A DNA stretch of 64,000 nucleotides, taken from Longimicrobiales bacterium. Its GTDB lineage: Bacteria; Gemmatimonadota; Gemmatimonadetes; Longimicrobiales; Gaopeijiaceae. Below, piece by piece: positions 20,301-29,600 of the stretch. Where the stretch lies: NCBI GenBank assembly GCA_965198065.1, contig CBDAON010000004.1, positions 896,001 to 960,000 on the forward strand, given 5' to 3'. The translations under genes and the position numbers were made by a program. Under the pieces are notes generated by a model that worked only from the letters and a program-made list of their open reading frames with translations, did not search any database and was not told the DNA's origin. Each line of letters starts with the position of its first letter. The first letter of the stretch is position 1.

Positions 20301-22751
20301 CTCGAGGTCGAAATCATCGCATACAAAGCTCAGCTTCTGGACATTATCGGCGGGTTGTCCGTCGACCAGAACATCTCGCTTGAGATAGGTTCGTCCTTTG
20401 AGTGCCTTTGGGGTGACCAATCCAAGTAACTTCCACTTGCCACCGGCCTGTAGATGCTTGGCCGCGCCCACCGCATCCGAGCGTATTTTCCGAGGGTCGA
20501 GCCCTTCAGGCCGGGTCACGACTCGACTGCCGAGACTACGCAGCAGCGGCTCAATCTGCCCGATGCGCTCCTTGCTGAGCTTGAGCAGCGTACGCCACTT
20601 TGCGTTGCGACTCGCGACCACCTCTTGGAGCGTTGCGAGCAACCACTCAGCCTGTCCACCTTGGAGAGCGCGCCGTTGCTCCTCGATGTTCCTGAGATCG
20701 TCGGCTAGATGGTTCCGCTCGTCGGTCGGTAAAGCGCGAATCGGCGAGAAGGCTGGGTGCGGTCGGAGCGCGTCCACTTGCTCGCTACTGCGCGTTCGTG
20801 CTGTAGCCTCTTTTGAGACGATGCCTCCGAAATCTGCCGGAGCAGTGAGAGTGGCACTGCTCGGGATCTGGAGTGTCGAGGCCGCGACATCCTCGTCCGA
20901 ATACCGCCTGCGAATCTCCAGCCATCTGGCTGCCTCGGCATTCGAGATCGTCGGATGATTCTTCGCATCCCGTGCCAACCGGAGCCACCCAAAGATCTCG
21001 CGCTCGTCGGCTACCCTGGCCGCGATCTTCGAGGCCGTGCCTTCGTATGCGCCATCAAGCAGCGGATGTGACAGCGTCTCGTATTCCCGCAGGCTTCGGA
21101 TCTCCGAGTCGATCCCGGCGAGACGCCTTCGTGCCACGTCGAGCTCACGATCGATCTCTGCGATCCTGTCATCATATGTGCCCGGCGAGTATGAAGCTTG
21201 CCGGTTTGTGATTCCCTGCACGGCCGTGTTGAGCTCCGCGAATGCGTCTCCGCCGTGCCCAAGCAAGCTGACGCACAAGGGCTGGATTTCATTAGGGAGC
21301 ATGCGCTTGAGAACCTGGAGGGCGCGCCCCGTTTCCGCCGTGATGAGTACTCGCTTCCCCGTGGCGAGCAGGTGGCACATGAGGTTCGCGATGGTGTGGC
21401 TCTTGCCGGTGCCGGGTGGACCTTGAACCAGCACTCCCTGATCGCGGTCGATCGCATTGACGATACACCGCTGCTCGCGGTTGGCTGGCAACGGGAAGTA
21501 AATCTCTGACGGTGACAGCGTGCTCCCACTATGCGTTCCATCGTGACCATCGTACCCCGAAGGCTTCCCACCTCCATCTCCCCAGTCGTCATCAGTAAGC
21601 TCGCCCCAGCCGCGGGGCACTTCGCCTGCTTCGTCCTCAAGGTTCTGGATCAGTTTCTCGTAGATACGGACCATGCCAGTCTGGAGGCGCTTGCGAAGGA
21701 TCAGTGCAGGCGCAAAGCTTACGACTGGGTCATTTCCAGTTGACGGCTTGGCGCTGAGTCCCTCGGACCAGACCATGTCGGGGCTTAGTGCCCCTGTCCA
21801 GGTCTTGAGCGGAGCATGGATGAGCGACTTGTCCCAGATCGCGTCACCCACCTCCTCAAGCTGCGCTTCGACCGCGTCATAGTATGATCGATCAGGTCGG
21901 AGTTCGGCCTCGAGCATGTCGTCTTCGACGCGCAGGTTCGCCCCCTCACTGGGGGCGCCTACGCGAATGACACCCCTGCCTGGGTCAAAGGTCAACTCGA
22001 CCTGCCCGACCACCGCGTGGCGGCGAATCGGGATCGACTTATTGCCGCTCTTAGCTTGCCAGTCCATCAGGCCCAGCCCGAGGACGACCTCGACGATCTC
22101 GCTCTGCTTTTGCAACTGCGAATAGAGCCTGAAGAGCTTGGCATAGAGATCCTGCACCGCCTTACGACGGCGATCTTCGGCCGCCCAGGCTTCCCACTTC
22201 GGCCGGAAGGCCCGATAGGCCCCGACGACTTCGGGGTAGTCCTCCAGTGGTAGCTCGACGAGTGGCGGTGTCTCGCCCTCCTCCAGATCGAGTTCCGTAT
22301 CTTCCTCGAGGATGTTCGGGCGCAGTGGCGTAATATTCGAAGTCGCCCTGAGGAGGGCCTCTGCGTCGACCCATTTCGCGATCATGTCGGGTGGCTCTGG
22401 CGGCCTCTCAAACTCCTGCTTGCGGACCTCGAGCCAAGGCTCTTCTAGATCGTAGTCGTCGGTCCAGGCGCCACTGTGGCAGTCCGCGGCTTGCGGCATC
22501 TCGTCGAACCAGAGCACGGAATCGTACTTGGCTACATCGCGAACGGTCGTACTGCGAAGACCAACGAACTCTTTTAAGTACCGCGCGAGTCGCAGCGAGG
22601 GACTCTCGATTCGGTTACTGTTCGTGCTCAAGCTACCCTTCCGTAGACCTGGTGGTGATGGATCTCTCCTCTCCGCTCTAGGCTCGTGAGTCGGCTGCGG
22701 CGCTCCTCTTGTGGATCTTGCTGATCTGATGACGGGTGACTCATGCTTCAA
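17334..22751 (-). CDS. Large SF1 (Upf1/Dna2-like) helicase with C-terminal Vsr-like PD-(D/E)XK nuclease and DUF3320-like tail; probable defence protein
   Basis: VQGPPGTGKSHT, DLVIVDEASQ, VGDDQQ, LREHFRC, FQGDERN and RFNVAVSRA. Nuclease FESKFE..YRIDLVV..LAVECDGDKWH..QRDLERAGW. True start may be near 22630. Confidence 0.9.
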   Translation of the reverse strand: MKHESPVIRSARSTRGAPQPTHEPRAERRDPSPPGLRKGSLSTNSNRIESPSLRLARYLKEFVGLRSTTVRDVAKYDSVLWFDEMPQAADCHSGAWTDDYDLEEPWLEVRKQEFERPPEPPDMIAKWVDAEALLRATSNITPLRPNILEEDTELDLEEGETPPLVELPLEDYPEVVGAYRAFRPKWEAWAAEDRRRKAVQDLYAKLFRLYSQLQKQSEIVEVVLGLGLMDWQAKSGNKSIPIRRHAVVGQVELTFDPGRGVIRVGAPSEGANLRVEDDMLEAELRPDRSYYDAVEAQLEEVGDAIWDKSLIHAPLKTWTGALSPDMVWSEGLSAKPSTGNDPVVSFAPALILRKRLQTGMVRIYEKLIQNLEDEAGEVPRGWGELTDDDWGDGGGKPSGYDGHDGTHSGSTLSPSEIYFPLPANREQRCIVNAIDRDQGVLVQGPPGTGKSHTIANLMCHLLATGKRVLITAETGRALQVLKRMLPNEIQPLCVSLLGHGGDAFAELNTAVQGITNRQASYSPGTYDDRIAEIDRELDVARRRLAGIDSEIRSLREYETLSHPLLDGAYEGTASKIAARVADEREIFGWLRLARDAKNHPTISNAEAARWLEIRRRYSDEDVAASTLQIPSSATLTAPADFGGIVSKEATARTRSSEQVDALRPHPAFSPIRALPTDERNHLADDLRNIEEQRRALQGGQAEWLLATLQEVVASRNAKWRTLLKLSKERIGQIEPLLRSLGSRVVTRPEGLDPRKIRSDAVGAAKHLQAGGKWKLLGLVTPKALKGRTYLKRDVLVDGQPADNVQKLSFVCDDFDLEFALADLVSLWKDVGVTEISADRRFCLPDLKPHVSALEDALEYGDACTQAAQNMSRKSPPVPTPNWLDREAQRWVDLIVGAGIDEELDEAERQVVACGQPLARLRGLHDVHAVVDELLDAIAARDVTAYSQCHEHVVVIERTREAQSERARIEAAIRLAAPSLAEEIESSLNEPVWDDRLSHWEDAWRWAWADGWLKKRSDFDYQQELWRRRHEAEVRKSGLVAEAASLRAWKDFFKRLSPRERNALKGWREAVRAMGKGTGKSAKIARLRREARNYMDECRKAIPIWIMPRYLVAEMIDPSPGLYDLVIVDEASQLGIESLFLFYISKKIIVVGDDQQINPAGVGIPDADVAALQQHFLEGVPHKVALYPQSSVYANAKIRFNQNIVLREHFRCMPEIIQFSNDLCYASNGVPLDPLRAYTANRLQPLVRRHVPDGYRRGSTNSAQNAQNPPEAEAIVEQICACIDDPRYVGRTMGVISLQGEAQAKLIENKLLQALDPEVIVERRLICGDAYAFQGDERNVIFLSLVAAPGEHRIGVLANEAARQRFNVAVSRAEDQLWLFHTAELDLLSDKCMRHALLSYMLNPGRKPTDPDEQRFESKFERDVYQRITERGFHVRTQVCVGDPVNHRYRIDLVVEGMQGRLAVECDGDKWHGPDRYEQDMARQRDLERAGWHFARIQGSDFYRDCEKAMEPVWAELDRLGIRPGGIDDSAAAPPPPKSRGSQRRTEADLDEPSDGQPASPELVEVVPTVPRPFDEASPTPTHGSDPKPDARELVVEPQEEPEPTSYPENRPLPTNHDPVTPVPNRVAPYVAFEGPAGPDPRHSTPAQVAEGLCRIIDTEGPMLGKRAYNLYLRGIGIARMGRPLKRALNGALQHAIRQGRVAKEDEFGTGGLVNSIVRIKGTPATVLRERGPRTFEEIPPSELQLMARKLSQDEGFESGSGDHVRAVLDSFGLKRLTAQRRLRFPDVPGARNRNVDDILDDGKPQ

Positions 22752-23129
22752 TCATTCCGGGATGTCTTGGCCATACCTTTGTGAAATTAGTGTTCCCCGC
22801 CTTCCCGGTTCCGCTCCACATCCGAATCACTATAGCGCGAAGGCGTGGAGAGCGCATTTGAGGGTAAGGCGCCAGCCGCGCGCCTATTCGTGGTGCGTTA
22901 CCGTTGTCGAGCGCCACTGGGAGCGCGGCGTATCGGCGGACCGATCCGGCCTCCTGGCCCCGGCTCATCGGCCAGGTAAGCGGCCGCGGTGTACACCATC
23001 AAGTCGGCGACGGACGCTGGGTACCTGCCTTTGCCTTCCGCTAGGGGATTGATGGCGCGGGTCCCTCCGTGTCCATAGATCCCGCCAGGAAAGGCTGGGG
23101 CCAGCGCGGCGAGCGGCGACCAAGTGGGC

Positions 23130-23280
23130 GACGGACCTCGACGGCCTGTTGGCCCAGCGGGCGATCTGGTTGAGGTTGCCGCCGATGCGCGCGACTTGGC
23201 GGGTGCGCTCGCGCTCCACCGCGGCCGGCGGCGAGGGCGGTGCGGCGATCAGCCATCACCGCGCGCCGCCACGGGGGAAA
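23130..23280 (-). pseudogene. MobC relaxosome accessory protein remnant
   Basis: ERERTRQVARIGGNLNQIARWAN signature. Confidence 0.8.
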
Positions 23281-23393
23281 GCCCCCTGCCCGCAAACTCC
23301 GCCGCAACGCGAGTCTCCAGGGGTTCGAAGGGGAGCGGAGCCACCCCTCGCCAGCCCCTGCCGGGGACCCGCGAAGCGTGGCCCCAAAGGGTA

Positions 23394-23430
23394 AGCTGGC
23401 TCATGACTTCTAACGGGTCATGAGCCAGCT
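23394..23430. repeat. Perfect 14-bp inverted repeat, candidate oriT element
   Basis: AGCTGGCTCATGAC-N9-GTCATGAGCCAGCT upstream of mobC. No U-tract, so not a terminator. Confidence 0.6.
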
Positions 23431-23432
23431 CC

Positions 23433-23552
23433 TCAACGGATCGGTCTGGCCTCCGGGTCTCGACGTTCGCCGGCGAAATGCGCGGCCCAGTCGCTCATGA
23501 GCCGGCGCCGCCGCTCGAACAGATCCGTGTGGCGATAGGCCGCCTCGGCAGA
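23433..23552 (-). pseudogene. Tyrosine integrase C-terminal remnant
   Basis: AEAAYRHTDLFERRRRLMSDWAAHFAGER, the catalytic Tyr region. Confidence 0.8.
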
Positions 23553-23687
23553 GTACCGGTGGCGTGATTCACGTAGTCCTTCCAACAACAGTGAGGCCCC
23601 GTGACCGGACAGGTCTCTCCCGGTTGGGTATATACAGACGGCCATTCGCTTGATCACTGAGCTGAAGAGGCTAGAGGAGGACTCAAC

Positions 23688-23833
23688 ATGAAGAATGCTG
23701 AAGATTACTTGGCACTACCGTGGCGAACTCAGGTCACGCCCGAGGATTGTACCGACGACACTCAGTGCTACGTTGCCCGCGTCACAGAACTCCTGGGATG
23801 TGAGAGCCACGGAGACACGCCCGAGGAGGCACT
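23688..23833 (+). pseudogene. HicB-family antitoxin N-terminus, truncated by IS256
   Basis: GGAGG RBS; MKNAEDYLALPW...YVARVTELLGCESHGDTPEEAL (not in the ORF track). Confidence 0.8.
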
Positions 23834-24500
23834 GAGTCAATCCCAAAGTTAGTTGAAACTGGAGCGGCCTCCGTCTCAGGCGACAGCATGTGAACGGCTC
23901 TCGGGAAGGGTGATCCCGAGGTCCTTCTGGATCGCGGCCCTGAGGAGCGGGAGGTGTCGGTACCCGAGCAACCTCCGGAGCCGTGACTAGATCTCCAGGA
24001 GCGTGGTCGCGAGCCATCGGTGCTTCTGGCTCGAGTTCTTCCAGTGGTCCACGCGTCCGCACCTCTGCTCGGCCAGGGCGTTCACGGACTCGAGCACGTT
24101 GGTGGTCTTGAGCGACTGGCCGACCAGGGGGAAGACTCCCAACCGGTGGAGGGTGAGGGTCTCCTCGAACCCCTCATCGAGACTGGCCGCCGCGGACTGG
24201 TTCACCCCCGCGAGCTCCTGGCGCAGGGCCTTGAGGTCCTTGACGGCCTCTTCGTACGTGGGCCGCTGGTAGGCGCGCTGCAGACGCTGGCGCCAGCCCT
24301 TCTGCTCCGCTCTCGGCAGATACGAGATCACGTTCTCCCGCTTGTGCCACTGGCACCGCTGGATGAGCACCTGTCCCTTGAAGACCGCCAGGACGCCGCT
24401 CCGGAGACCGCGGGCTCCATCGATCACCACGAGCGCTCCGGCCGACAGGTCGAGACCTCGGTCCTTCAGACTCCGAAGGTCGCTCCTGCGCTTCGCGTCT
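23834..24500 (-). mobile_element. IS256-family transposase 3' fragment with right end
   Basis: VIDGARGLR..IQRCQWHKREN..SLKTTNVLESVN. Premature TAG at 23987 with readable continuation. End sequence ...TTTCAACTAACTTTGGGATTGACTC. Confidence 0.88.
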
Positions 24501-24569
24501 ACCCGCAACCCGTGCTCGCTTCGCTAGTCGCGAGCTCGCCAGTGGCCGGCACGTTAGCATCGTCAGCAG

Positions 24570-24614
24570 TTGGCCCGGGGGGATTCGAACCACCACCGCC
24601 GGTTCCAAAGACCG
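24570..24614 (-). repeat. Duplicated 3' half of tRNA-Gln (att site)
   Basis: 45 bp matching 25538-25582 with one mismatch in the T-stem. Confidence 0.92.
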
Positions 24615-24874
24615 AACGGAGCTTTTCCTCCTAGTTCCTGTAAGTACGCGGGAGTACTCCTGCCAACGAGTTCTCCGACCAGTCAGTGCGTAGGAGTGTC
24701 GCTGTGTTCCCGCAAACGCCGATACCCGGGGGGCAATCCAGGGGTCTGCGGGTCTAGCAGGATTTGACTCACCGAAGCCCCCCAACGCGTAACGCCATCG
24801 GGTCCCATTCGGGAGATGTTCTCCGGCGCATTGGACGCCCGCCCTCCGTGACCGGCTGAAGTGCCATGTCGGCC

Positions 24875-25042
24875 TCAGCGTTCGAGCGGGCGGATCTTAC
24901 CCGGTATCATCCTGCTAACCGAAGATCGAGATACACCCAAGGCGGCGGCTATTTCGCCTTGTGGCGTGCCGAGCTTGATGAGCAGTAAAACGAGGAGCTT
25001 CTTGATACTCTCCACATCGCGTCCTATTGCATCGTCATCCAT
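24875..25042 (-). CDS. 55-aa helix-turn-helix protein
   Basis: MDDDAIGRDVESIKKLLVLLLIKLGTPQGEIAAALGVSRSSVSRMIPGKIRPLER, hand-translated and below the ORF-track cutoff. Confidence 0.65.
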   Translation of the reverse strand: MDDDAIGRDVESIKKLLVLLLIKLGTPQGEIAAALGVSRSSVSRMIPGKIRPLER

Positions 25043-25243
25043 ACCCGTGCATTTCCCATTCTGAATGGTTCAAGAACTTCCGGATGTGCTTGCCCTGGAA
25101 TCTAATGGCAATCTGGGCAACCAATTGGGGCTCGCCTTCGCTTCGCTCGCTCGCCCTCCGCGTCGGCGGTCTGCCGCCATCACGTCGCTCGCTTGACGGC
25201 ATGAAAGCGGTGCTTGGCTGCGCGGTGATGCCACGAGCGCCGC

Positions 25244-25510
25244 TTGGTCGGCATTCCGGACTTCACCATTCACGACCTCAGGCACCATTTCGCTGTGACC
25301 ATGGCCCGGGTGGGCCTGCCGCTGCACCTGCTCCAGAAGCAGCTCGGCCACCGGCACATCGACGTCTCCATGAAATACGCCGCCCACCACCCGGCCTACG
25401 GCGATGTGGCCGCCTACTTCACGGCCGTGGGCGAGAAGCTGACGGGCAACGCCAGGGGGCGATCCAGGGGTCACCCCCCTGCGGAGGAGCCTGCGGCCCG
25501 TGTTGGGTGA
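25244..25510 (+). pseudogene. Tyrosine integrase C-terminal remnant
   Basis: HDLRHHFA...LQKQLGHRHIDVSMKY. Ends just before the tRNA 3' end. Confidence 0.88.
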
Positions 25511-25537
25511 TCACCTAAGTCTTTACCCTATAGGCTA

Positions 25538-25608
25538 TTGGCCCGGGTGGATTCGAACCACCACCGCCGGTTCCAAAGACCGGTGTCCTGCCATTAGACG
25601 ACGGGCCA
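25538..25608 (-). tRNA. tRNA-Gln(TTG)
   Basis: TGGCCCG acceptor stem; anticodon arm CCGGT-CTTTGGA-ACCGG; T arm GGTGG-TTCGAAT-CCACC. CCA not encoded. Confidence 0.96.
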
Positions 25609-25693
25609 ATGAGTCAACAAGTAAGCCAAATCACCTTCGGTTTTCCATATCCAAAAGTCCGGATCGGACACATTTTGGACACATCCGCCGGCC

Positions 25694-25864
25694 TCACAAT
25701 CCACTGGCGACCTCCTTCAATTCCTCGAGGCTCAGCTCCTCGACCAGAGCCAGGAGGTCGGCGTCGAGAAGGTGGGAGTATCCCATGGTGGCAGCAAGGT
25801 CCGAGTGCCCCATGGCCTTCTGCACTAGAGTGGTGCTCTTTCCAGCGGACAGCCACGTCGTTGC
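25694..25864 (-). pseudogene. Tyrosine recombinase C-terminal remnant
   Basis: Hand translation ATTWLSAGKSTTLVQKAMGHSDLAATMGYSHL (GH...Y box). Ends ~85 bp before the tRNA 5' end. Confidence 0.8.
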
Positions 25865-25934
25865 TGGAGAAACAGAGCCAGCTCACGGAGACACCCTCGG
25901 TGCCCCCTCGAGTGGGAACGCAGCGACCGGGTCC

Positions 25935-26598
25935 TCAGCCCTCGGCCAGTCGATTCATGTCCTCGTTTTCGAGGACGCGCTCGGGATAGCCTTCTAGGCA
26001 GACGCGGATCATCGCTCTCCCCATGTTCGTCGTCGTTGTGACGTGCCGCGGAAAGAAGCGACGGAGCAAAGGGAAGAAGGGCCCCATCACCGCATAGGAA
26101 GCGTTGTAGAGGGGCGTCTTGGATCGGATGCCAGGTGCCGGGCGGACGAACCCCGGGCGAAACGCGTACGCGTCAATCGGCATCTCGAAGAGCCGGTTCT
26201 CCGTCCGCCCCTTAACCCGCGCCCACATTCTCCGACCGCGCTCCGTCGAGTCCGTTCCCTGCCCCGAGACGTAGCAAAAAGTCAGCGGCGAACCGACGCT
26301 CGCCAGCGTCTCCGCGACGGCGATCGTTCCGTCGTGGGTGATTCGCGCATAGACCGCCTCGTCCAGCCCGACGGACGAGACGCCGGTGCAGAAGAAGCAG
26401 CTGCGGTAGCCGGCCAGCTCCGACAACACGTCGCTCAAGTCGAAGGGGTCGGGCTTCACGATCTGCCGGAGCTTCCGATGGTCGACGGGGGTTCGCCTCC
26501 GGCCGATCGAAAGCACCGCCTCGACCCGGGGCTCCGCGAGGCATTCTTCAGGACACCCGAGCCGATCATCCCCGTGGCTCCGAACAGGACGACCCTCA
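25935..26598 (-). pseudogene. NAD(P)-binding epimerase/SDR-like protein, frameshifted at the N-terminus
   Basis: VVLFGATGMIGSGVL is out of frame with EECLAEPRV...FCYVSGQGTDSTERGRRMWARVKG. Confidence 0.75.
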
Positions 26599-26698
26599 GC
26601 ACCGGCCGCCAGCGCGGCAGCGCAGACGCCGTCGACGTCGGCCACGTAGAGGTGATGGATCCTTCATCCCCCGCCGTCCACGAGCTCCCGCAGCTCCG

Positions 26699-27454
26699 TC
26701 AGCGCCTCCGGCCAGCGGGGGCCGGCGAGCCGTCGTTGTGACCCGCCCCCTCGACCCACAGGGCGAGCTTCGGCCCCGTGGCCGCCTCGAACAACCGCCG
26801 CCCGTGCGCGATCGGAACCACCTCATCCCGGGTGCCGTGAATCACCAGCACCGAACACTGGATGTCCTCGAGACGGCTCAGGTTCGGGAAGCGGTCGAAG
26901 GGGAGCAGCCGTACGCGGGTCATCACGCGGAACGCGCTCGTGAACGCGCTCTGGAGCACGAGCCCCGCCGGCCGATGGCCGGCCGCGAGATCCACCGCCG
27001 GACCCGAGCCGACGGACGTGCCATAGAGGATGAGCCGGCTCTCCGGAACGCCCAGCTCACCGACGGCGTACCCGTACGCCGCTTCCGCGTCCTCCAGCGC
27101 CTTCCGGGCGGTCGGCGGTCCGGGGCTGCTCTCGCCGTACCCACGATAGTCGAAGCCAATCACGCCGAATCCCTGGTCTCGAAGAGCTCGGAGGGTCGGG
27201 AGCGTAAGCCCCAAGTCCTCGGCGTTCCCGTGGAGGATGTACAGGATCGTGTATCGTGCCGCAGCGCTTGGGAGGTGTAGGAGCGCGATCCACTCGGTCC
27301 GCCCGACCGGCACGCGCCTAACGGGGAGCGTTCCATTCGCGTACGACGGCGGCGGCGGTTGGAAGATGATCCGGTCCGCCACGGCAACCGCAAGCAAGGT
27401 GACGAGGCCGTATGCGAGGAGCCCCGCCACGGCGAGCCGGGCGAGGGTCGTCAT
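26699..27454 (-). CDS. Alpha/beta hydrolase (ABHD17-like), C-terminus probably frameshifted
   Basis: HGNAEDLG, DYRGYGES, GTSVG nucleophile elbow, IHGTRDEVV and GAGHND. Confidence 0.85.
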   Translation of the reverse strand: MTTLARLAVAGLLAYGLVTLLAVAVADRIIFQPPPPSYANGTLPVRRVPVGRTEWIALLHLPSAAARYTILYILHGNAEDLGLTLPTLRALRDQGFGVIGFDYRGYGESSPGPPTARKALEDAEAAYGYAVGELGVPESRLILYGTSVGSGPAVDLAAGHRPAGLVLQSAFTSAFRVMTRVRLLPFDRFPNLSRLEDIQCSVLVIHGTRDEVVPIAHGRRLFEAATGPKLALWVEGAGHNDGSPAPAGRRR

Positions 27455-27960
27455 GCCCCGACAGCTCTCATTTCTCGCACGAACGTCGAGCCCCACTCGA
27501 TGGGCAGGTCCAGATCGTCAGGGCCTGCCCCGCGAAGCTGACCAGATGGGGACGGGTCAGGTGAAAGGACTCGCTGGCTCCGGCCCCAGGTTCCGTCGAT
27601 CGGAACGTTCTCCCAGACGTACCCCTCCTTGTCGTGATCGGCCCCACAGTCGATGGAGCCGAGGCGCCGGCCCGTCCCGTTCGCGACCCCTAGGAGCTCA
27701 GGAGCCAGGAGGGGTGTTCCTCCCGGCTCCCCCCGTTCCAGCGGACCTCCATGGTGACCCGCTCAGCGCGGACGAACATCGCCCGGTCACGTTCTTCCAT
27801 CACCGCATCGTTCACCGGGTTCTCCTCGCGAGGCATAGGTGCTGCGACGGTCGGGTTTGCTCCCTCGCCTGCCGTCGACTAGCGTGAAACGGTTCACCAG
27901 AACGCCTTCCCGTGCATGCTACTGAGCACCGAAGGGGAATCTCCAGCCCGTTGAGGACTG

Positions 27961-29586
27961 ATGGTGCCCTCAAGCTCCCGGCCCCCTGGGAAAGGGCGCC
28001 GACGAGAGAAGCGGCGAGCAGCCGAGGCGGCCCCTGCGCGGGCGGCACCTCCAAGTCGATACTTCTGGGTTCCGCTGTCCTTCATCCTCGCCCTCGTCCC
28101 TATCGCGTTCGTGGAGCGGGTTCGGGACCATCCCGTCCTGGTGTGGTCGGTCTTCGCCTCAGTGGGTACGCTCCTGGCTTGGCAGGCATGGCTCTTCCTC
28201 GGGATGAAGAAGGAGCGAACCACCCCAGCCTTTTCGATTGTCCTGCGACCACAGCATTACCTTCAGGGATGCCTCCAGCTCTCCGTGTTCGCATACTGGG
28301 GGTGGTACTGGAGGCCGGTCTACGAGCACGCGTGGCTCCTGCTCGCGCAGATCCTCTTCGCCTACGCCTTCGCGATTCTCCTCGCGTGGTCCCGCCGTCA
28401 GCCGTTCGCCCTGGGGTTCGGGGTCTTCCCGATCGTGCTCAGCACGAACCTCTTCCTCTGGTTCCATGACGACTGGTTCTACCTGCAGTTCCTGATGATC
28501 GCGGTAGGGTTCCTGGGCAAGGAGTTCGTGCGCTGGACGCGGGAGGGCCGGCGGGTGCACATCTTCAACCCCTCCGCCTTTTCGTTGGGGCTCTTCTCGG
28601 TGGTATTGATCGCCATGAACGCGACGGATCTCACCTGGGGCCAGGACATCGCGTCCACGCTGAGCATGGCGCCGCGCATCTACACGTTTCTCTTCGTGAT
28701 CGGCCTGATCGCGATGTACAACTTCTCGATCACTCTCGTCTCCGGCCTCGCCGCCGTCGTGCTCTTCGGTTGGAGCGCAGGGTACTTCACGGTGACCGGA
28801 GTTCCTTACTTCATCGATTCAGAGATCCCCAGCGCGGTCTTCCTGGGGCTCTTTCTGCTGGTGACGGACCCCTCCACCTCGCCACGCACCCCCCTCGGAA
28901 AGGCGATCTTTGGGCTCCTGTACGGGGTCAGCGTCTTCGCTCTTTTCTCCGGGCTGGACGTGATCGGTGCACCAAGGTTCTACGACAAGCTGCTGGCCGT
29001 TCCTCTCCTGAACCTGAGCGTCCAACAGATCGACCGCCTCGCACGCACGATCCAGGGCACGGCGTGGTGGGGCCGCATGCGTCCCGCGTGGCCTCCCGCC
29101 CGGCTGAACCTGGCCCATATGGCCCTCTGGATCCCGTTCTTCATCCTGATGACCGCGACCGGACGAACGGACGGCCGCCACACGGGAGACAGCGTGCCCT
29201 TCTGGAAGCAGGCCTGTGAGGAGGGCCGGCGCAAGGCGTGCAACCGGTTGCTTGAAGTCGAGTACACCTACTGCGCCGACAACTCCGGCTGGGCCTGCAA
29301 CGAGGTGGGGCGGCATCTCGCGGAAGGGCGGATCGCGGGTCCTGATCCGGAGCTGTCGCGGGAGTATTTCATCCGCGCCTGCGAGGCCCGCTTCCAACCT
29401 GGTTGCCTGAACCTCCTGGAGCCGGAAAGCCTCGCCGTCGCCCCCCCTCGGACCCTGGACTTGAGGCTGCTGGTGCGTGAAGGCAGAGCCACTCTCCTGG
29501 ACATGCCGGAGCCGGAGCTCTACGCGCGGGCCTGCGATCATCAGTGGAACTTCGCGTGCGAAGCCCTAGCACTCCGGTCGTTCTGA
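27961..29586 (+). CDS. RnfD/NqrB-like polytopic membrane protein with C-terminal Cys-rich Sel1-like repeats
   Basis: Many TM segments; HIFNPSAF and LVTDPSTSPRT motifs; four C-x7-C pairs at the C-terminus. Confidence 0.7.
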   Translation: MVPSSSRPPGKGRRREKRRAAEAAPARAAPPSRYFWVPLSFILALVPIAFVERVRDHPVLVWSVFASVGTLLAWQAWLFLGMKKERTTPAFSIVLRPQHYLQGCLQLSVFAYWGWYWRPVYEHAWLLLAQILFAYAFAILLAWSRRQPFALGFGVFPIVLSTNLFLWFHDDWFYLQFLMIAVGFLGKEFVRWTREGRRVHIFNPSAFSLGLFSVVLIAMNATDLTWGQDIASTLSMAPRIYTFLFVIGLIAMYNFSITLVSGLAAVVLFGWSAGYFTVTGVPYFIDSEIPSAVFLGLFLLVTDPSTSPRTPLGKAIFGLLYGVSVFALFSGLDVIGAPRFYDKLLAVPLLNLSVQQIDRLARTIQGTAWWGRMRPAWPPARLNLAHMALWIPFFILMTATGRTDGRHTGDSVPFWKQACEEGRRKACNRLLEVEYTYCADNSGWACNEVGRHLAEGRIAGPDPELSREYFIRACEARFQPGCLNLLEPESLAVAPPRTLDLRLLVREGRATLLDMPEPELYARACDHQWNFACEALALRSF

Positions 29587-29600
29587 CCCATGACAGAGCG

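Noticed and set aside
24505..24560. attC-like sequence ending GTTAGC with GCTTCGCT
   Set aside because: Single copy with no matching left core site (cut by IS256), no array and no integron integrase.
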